Positions 23,464 through 27,700 of a DNA stretch of 27,700 bases are shown here, one piece after another. The notes below the pieces were generated by a model. It was not told where the DNA came from, made no database searches, and worked only from the letters and a program-made list of their open reading frames with translations. Position 1 is the first letter of the stretch, and each line of letters starts with the position of its first letter. The stretch is from assembly GCA_041305305.1 (NCBI GenBank), contig JBFYLR010000019.1:1-27700 (forward strand). The letters run 5' to 3'. This DNA is from Nanobdellota archaeon. Its GTDB lineage: Archaea > Nanobdellota > Nanobdellia > Pacearchaeales > GW2011-AR1. A program made the position numbers and the translations under genes.

Positions 23464-23485
23464 CTTGTTTTTTTCTAATAATATA

Positions 23486-24871
23486 ATGGATTTAAAGAGT
23501 ATTTTGTACAATCTCCCTGAGGTGAAGCATCCTGAGGAGAAGAAACTCAGCTTCAATGCAAAGTTGAAGTGGACTTTGATAATTCTTGTAGGCTTCTTCA
23601 TTCTTGCGAATATTTCTCTTTTCGGGCTGGCTCAAAACTCTTTGGACAGGTTTGAATATCTTGCTATAATTCTCGGAACAGATTTCGGTTCCGTCATATC
23701 TCTGGGTATCGGTCCGATAGTAATGGCTTCCATTATTCTTCAGCTCCTTGTAGGCTCGGGCATTCTGAAGATAGACGTTAACAACGCGGAAGGAAAGAAA
23801 CTATTTCAGGGAATTCAGAAAATTGGTGTTTTAGTTTTCATAGTTTTTGAAGCGCTTGTTTATGTCCTCATGGGAGGATTGCAGGCAATGCCAGGATATG
23901 CAGGGATAGTAATATTCCAGCTTATTCTTGGAGGCTTGGCAATAATGCTTATGGACGAAGTCACGACAAAATACGGCTTCGGTTCAGGAGTCTCATTGTT
24001 TATCGTCGCAGGAGTTGCCTGGAGATTATTCAACGGATTATTCCAGTTCATCGGACCTACAGGGGCAAACTGCCTTTCTGACTTCTCAGGAACACCATGC
24101 GCAGGTAATCTCTTAATAATCCTCCAATCGGTTATAAACGGGGCGCCAAAGGAAGCCCTTCTTGCGATAATGGCTATAGCAGTCACTGTATTAATTTTCT
24201 GCGCAGTCGTCTGGACTCAAAGTCTCAAAGTTGAAATCCCTCTCTCATATGACCGACTAAGAGGATATAGTATGAAATGGCCTCTCGCATTTTTCTACAC
24301 CTCAAACATACCCGTCATTCTTACGGCTGCGCTTGTCGCAAACATCCAGCTATTTGGAGGATTAATTGAGAATGCAGTAGGGCATGCAACCTGGTTTGGA
24401 GGTTTCTCGCAAGGGCAGGCAACTTCAGGTTTGGCCTTCTGGATGGGCAGTTCAAATGTTGTTGAGGCGATTATTAGGGGGAATCTTCAGACAGTTCAAA
24501 TCTTCCAGGGGCTGACTCATCTTCTCTTTTTCATGGGCTTTTCTGTTTTGTTCGCAGTATTCTGGGTCAAAACATCCGGGATGGACGCGCAGGCGCAGGC
24601 TAAGAAGATAATTTCATCCGGCATGCAGATTCCAGGTTTCAGAAAAGATGAGAGGGTCCTTGAAGCAATTCTTGCTAGATACATCATGCCCCTCACAGTT
24701 ATGGGCGGATTAGTTATCGGCGCTCTCGCTGCACTTACAGATTCCTTCGGAGCAATGACTTCCGGAACAGCAATTCTTCTTGCAGTTATGATTATGTATC
24801 AGTTGTATCAGAATGTCGCGCATCAGCACGCGCTTGATATGCATCCGGTATTGAGAAAAGTTGTCGAGTAA
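23486..24871 (+). CDS. secY: Preprotein translocase subunit SecY
   Basis: LPEV..P...LSF..KLKWT, LGIGPIV.ASIILQLL.G, FFYTSNIPVIL, QIPGFR.D.R, SGT.ILLAV.I. Start corrected to ATG 23486. Confidence 0.98.
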   Translation: MDLKSILYNLPEVKHPEEKKLSFNAKLKWTLIILVGFFILANISLFGLAQNSLDRFEYLAIILGTDFGSVISLGIGPIVMASIILQLLVGSGILKIDVNNAEGKKLFQGIQKIGVLVFIVFEALVYVLMGGLQAMPGYAGIVIFQLILGGLAIMLMDEVTTKYGFGSGVSLFIVAGVAWRLFNGLFQFIGPTGANCLSDFSGTPCAGNLLIILQSVINGAPKEALLAIMAIAVTVLIFCAVVWTQSLKVEIPLSYDRLRGYSMKWPLAFFYTSNIPVILTAALVANIQLFGGLIENAVGHATWFGGFSQGQATSGLAFWMGSSNVVEAIIRGNLQTVQIFQGLTHLLFFMGFSVLFAVFWVKTSGMDAQAQAKKIISSGMQIPGFRKDERVLEAILARYIMPLTVMGGLVIGALAALTDSFGAMTSGTAILLAVMIMYQLYQNVAHQHALDMHPVLRKVVE

Positions 24872-24889
24872 AAATAGTAAATAAAGAGG

Positions 24890-24897
24890 TTTAAATA
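24890..24897 (+). promoter_or_regulatory. TATA box
   Basis: AAAGAGG-TTTAAATA, 21 nt upstream of ATG 24919. Confidence 0.6.
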
Positions 24898-24918
24898 TCC
24901 AATCTGCAATATCTAAAT

Positions 24919-25344
24919 ATGATAACTGAATTTATTCAAAGCTGGTTTGTAAGTTCTCCCAATCTTGCTCCGAGGCTTTTTGTAATTCTCGCCGCAGTTC
25001 TAATCTCTCTTTTTATATCAATAGTGAACTATTTCATCCTTGACAAGGAGAAAATGCATTCAATAAAAGCAAAGCAGAAGGCTCTTCAGGAAGAGATGAA
25101 GAAGCACAAAGATAACCCAACAAAGCTAATGGAACTGCAAAAAGAAATGTTTTCTCATATGGGGGAATCAATGAAGCACTCTCTTAAGCCTATGTTAATA
25201 ACATTCATACCTCTTATACTAATATTCCCGGTTGTAAGAAATATGCTCATTGATACTGTTATAAAAGGCTCTTGGTTCTGGTATTATATTATAACTTCCC
25301 TGATAGCGGCAATGATTTTCAGGAAATTGTTCAAGCTTCCTTAA
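24919..25344 (+). CDS. DUF106 / EMC3-TMCO1 (Oxa1 superfamily) membrane protein
   Basis: TM, coiled coil (KALQEEMKK...LMELQ.EM), KPML.T.IP, W..YYI..S; typical position downstream of secY. Confidence 0.85.
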   Translation: MITEFIQSWFVSSPNLAPRLFVILAAVLISLFISIVNYFILDKEKMHSIKAKQKALQEEMKKHKDNPTKLMELQKEMFSHMGESMKHSLKPMLITFIPLILIFPVVRNMLIDTVIKGSWFWYYIITSLIAAMIFRKLFKLP

Positions 25345-25373
25345 AACATTTAGAAAAGATAATCTAAAATTGC

Positions 25374-26099
25374 TTATTTCACAAACTTCTTAAGCTCATC
25401 GCCGTGTAATCTTACAAGCTTGGCGTCTTTTGTCTTAACATAACCTACATCAAATCTGTTCAAATCAAAATTTTTATCAAGATTGTCTTTGAATATTTTA
25501 AGGGCAAACTTTATTCCCTCCTCAATTGTTGAGTTCTCGTCATAATCTTTCCTGAGAATTTCCTTTATCTTCTCGTCATTTTCTCCTATTGCATTTGCTT
25601 TGTATGCAAAGAAATTTCCTGTAACATCAGAAGTGTAAAGATATGCTTTGTCTTTGTTAACCCCTCCAAGGAGTATTGCCACTCCGAATGGGCGGGCTCC
25701 GCCGTATTGAGTGAACATCTGCTTTTTATCAGCAATCATCCTTATGACTGAAACTGGCTCTATTGGACTGCCGTAAGTCACTCTATTCTGCTGCGCTATA
25801 ACCTGCGACTGCTCAATTAATATCCTCGCGTCAGATAATATTCCTGCCGCTGTTGCAACAATATGCTCATCAACCTCATAAATTTTGTTTGCTGACTCAG
25901 GAGCAATTAATTTATCCCTTACCCTTCTGTCTGCAACAATTACCACTCCGTCCTTGCAAACCAAGCCAATGCTCGAGCTTCCAAGCCTCACTGTCTTCTC
26001 TGCGTATTCTACCTGAAGAAGATGTCCTTCTGGGGAGAACATGGTCGCTGCTCTGTCATATCCCATTGCCTGATGCTGCATTTCTGTTGGTATGTCCAT
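25374..26099 (-). CDS. psmA: Proteasome subunit alpha
   Basis: GYDRA.TMFSPEG.L.QVEYA, AGILSDARIL, TQYGGARPFGVA.L; SD-like AAGGAG upstream. Confidence 0.98.
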   Translation of the reverse strand: MDIPTEMQHQAMGYDRAATMFSPEGHLLQVEYAEKTVRLGSSSIGLVCKDGVVIVADRRVRDKLIAPESANKIYEVDEHIVATAAGILSDARILIEQSQVIAQQNRVTYGSPIEPVSVIRMIADKKQMFTQYGGARPFGVAILLGGVNKDKAYLYTSDVTGNFFAYKANAIGENDEKIKEILRKDYDENSTIEEGIKFALKIFKDNLDKNFDLNRFDVGYVKTKDAKLVRLHGDELKKFVK

Positions 26100-26164
26100 C
26101 TTTTAGAAACTCCTTTCTTGATTATGCACAGAACGTTCTCTATTTAAGTTTTGCTATACAAATA

Positions 26165-26172
26165 TTTAAATA
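26165..26172 (+). promoter_or_regulatory. TATA box for SBDS
   Basis: TTTAAATA, 21 nt upstream of ATG 26194. A second element, CTTAAATA on the minus strand at 26141-26148, may serve psmA. Confidence 0.6.
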
Positions 26173-26193
26173 ACAATCCTCTTTTTCAAAGCT

Positions 26194-26871
26194 ATGCCAA
26201 AGGTAACAGCAAGAACAAAGATAAAGGGGAAGCATTATGAGATTCTGGTTGATATAGACGAAGCGCTTAAGATAAAAAATGGAAAAGGCGATATCGCAAA
26301 AGCAATGGATTCAAACAGCATTTTCAATGACTTAAAGAAAGGAGATATAGCAAAAACCAAGGATTTGGAAGATGCTTTCGGAACATCGGATGTCTACGAA
26401 GTTGCAAAAAAGATAATCATATCAGGCGAAGTTCAGAAAACCCAGGAAGTCAGAGATTCAGAAAAAGATGCAAAAGTAAAGAGAGTTATTGATTTGATTC
26501 TTAGGAACGCTGTTGACCAGAACGGGCGCCCATACACAGAAGAAAGAATAAAGAGGGCAATAAATGAGTGCCATTATTCATTTGATTCAAGAGCGCCTGA
26601 ACAGCAGCTTGCTGACTTAATTGCAAAATTGCAGACAGTTATTCCTATCAGAGTGGAGACAAAGAGGATAAAGCTCATTATCCCTGCGCAATATTCCGGG
26701 CAGGCTTATGGTCTGCTTAAAGATTACAAGGAAAGCGAGGAATGGCTTCCAAATGGTTCGCTTCAGGCGATACTTAATATTCCTGCAGGAATGCAGATAG
26801 ACTTTTACGATAAATTGAACAGCATAACACACGGCGCCGTCCAGAGCGAAGAGCTCCCAGAAAAGAAGTAA
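26194..26871 (+). CDS. sdo1: Ribosome maturation factor SBDS/Sdo1
   Basis: AR.K..G..YEILVD, DL..AFGT.D, GEVQ.T.E.R, RIKRA..E, ..PIRVE, IPAGMQ.DF.D.LN..T.G. Confidence 0.95.
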   Translation: MPKVTARTKIKGKHYEILVDIDEALKIKNGKGDIAKAMDSNSIFNDLKKGDIAKTKDLEDAFGTSDVYEVAKKIIISGEVQKTQEVRDSEKDAKVKRVIDLILRNAVDQNGRPYTEERIKRAINECHYSFDSRAPEQQLADLIAKLQTVIPIRVETKRIKLIIPAQYSGQAYGLLKDYKESEEWLPNGSLQAILNIPAGMQIDFYDKLNSITHGAVQSEELPEKK

Positions 26872-26974
26872 TTTCAAATAGAAACCTTTTTAAATACGCA
26901 AAAACAAACTTATTTGTAAAAAAATAACGGACAAAGAAAAATTACGATTATCTGTTGTCTGATTTTGATTTAAG

Positions 26975-27700
26975 ATGAAAACAAAGATTAAGGAGGCATA
27001 TGAAGCCGAGGAAAATGCTGAAGAGGCATATTCTGAAGAACCTGCTAAAAAAAGAAAGGTAGTTGTACCTGGAGAATCTATTGTTTCTGGAGAGGATTTT
27101 CTTCCTGGAGAAGGCGCGAGACGCGAGGGAAATGACATACTTGCAACAAGATATGGGCTTGCAGAGGAAGCAGGCAGAATAGTCAAAGTCATTGCCATAA
27201 CCGGCGCATTCATCCCAAGGAGAAACAATGTTGTTCTTGGAAGAGTTACAGACATCACTTTCCACGGCTGGCTTGTCGATATAGATTCGGCTTCAGCAGG
27301 ATTCCTTCCTCTGGAAGAATCCCCAAGATTCGTAAACAAGAATGAGATGGACCAATTTTTGGCTATAGGTGACGTTGTCGCAGCAAAAATCTGGAGCGTC
27401 AAGGCAAAAGGAATAGATTTGGCTCTGAAAGGAAAGGGCTTGGGCAAACTTGAAGGCGGATTTATTTTCCGCGTTATTCCAAACCGCGTCCCTAGAATAA
27501 TCGGCAGGGAAGGCAGCATGATAAATCTTATAAAAGATAAGACAGGATGCGATATTACCGTCGGACAGAATGGATGGATATGGATAAAGGGGCCGTCAGT
27601 TGATTCCGAAATCAGAGCAAGAAACTCAATTGAGTTCATAGCAGACAAGGTTCATATTGAAGGATTAACAGAGAAAATGGAGGAATGGTTCGAGAAGAAC
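26975..27700 (+). CDS. rrp4: Exosome RNA-binding protein Rrp4, 3'-partial
   Basis: Translated by hand (no stop in the window): VVVPGE, G.V.D....GWLVDI, IGDVV.AKI (S1 domain), P.RVPR.IG..GSMI.LIK..T.C.I.VGQNG.IWI.G (KH domain). Confidence 0.93.
   Translation, partial: MKTKIKEAYEAEENAEEAYSEEPAKKRKVVVPGESIVSGEDFLPGEGARREGNDILATRYGLAEEAGRIVKVIAITGAFIPRRNNVVLGRVTDITFHGWLVDIDSASAGFLPLEESPRFVNKNEMDQFLAIGDVVAAKIWSVKAKGIDLALKGKGLGKLEGGFIFRVIPNRVPRIIGREGSMINLIKDKTGCDITVGQNGWIWIKGPSVDSEIRARNSIEFIADKVHIEGLTEKMEEWFEKN

Noticed and set aside
26890-27648. 252-aa minus-strand ORF
   Set aside because: It is the antisense shadow of rrp4, which is clearly encoded on the plus strand from 26975.
1-27700. tRNA, rRNA, CRISPR array, transposase or integrase
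   Set aside because: No cloverleaf, rRNA-like tract, regularly spaced repeat array or recombinase motif was seen, and intergenic gaps are mostly too short.

Overview
Archaeal chromosomal window, most likely from a DPANN genome of the Pacearchaeota/Woesearchaeota type. This is an inference from the fused PriS-PriL primase, the trimmed operons and the KRG-type signal peptides. Layout: 1-6104 holds five predicted membrane-anchored surface proteins (PsbP-like, nuclease+LTD, a C-terminally anchored protein, two Cys-rich proteins) and two small cytoplasmic hypotheticals. Next come a fused DNA primase and a divergent PCNA, then an uncharacterised membrane protein. The L3-to-L15 ribosomal protein superoperon spans 9461-21265, followed by secY, a DUF106/EMC3 gene, psmA (inverted), SBDS and rrp4 (partial). 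The conserved operon carries several anomalies: (1) an orphan 112-aa ORF between rpl23 and rpl2; (2) a 79-nt unit bounded by a 14-bp direct repeat that forms a 25-aa mini-ORF between rps19 and rpl22; (3) a small dispersed, hairpin-forming repeat family, one copy of which is read in frame inside uL22; (4) a 687-aa Cys-rich adhesin-like gene with an animal/apicomplexan-style thrombospondin type-1 repeat, inserted antisense between rpl15 and secY and apparently sharing one TATA box with secY; (5) no RNase P protein genes or adk at their usual positions. The primase C-terminal domain contains no cysteine, so it lacks the usual Fe-S ligands, while its catalytic domain carries a 7-Cys insert. No tRNA, rRNA, CRISPR array, transposase or integrase was recognised. 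All family assignments come from motif recognition by eye, without database searches.
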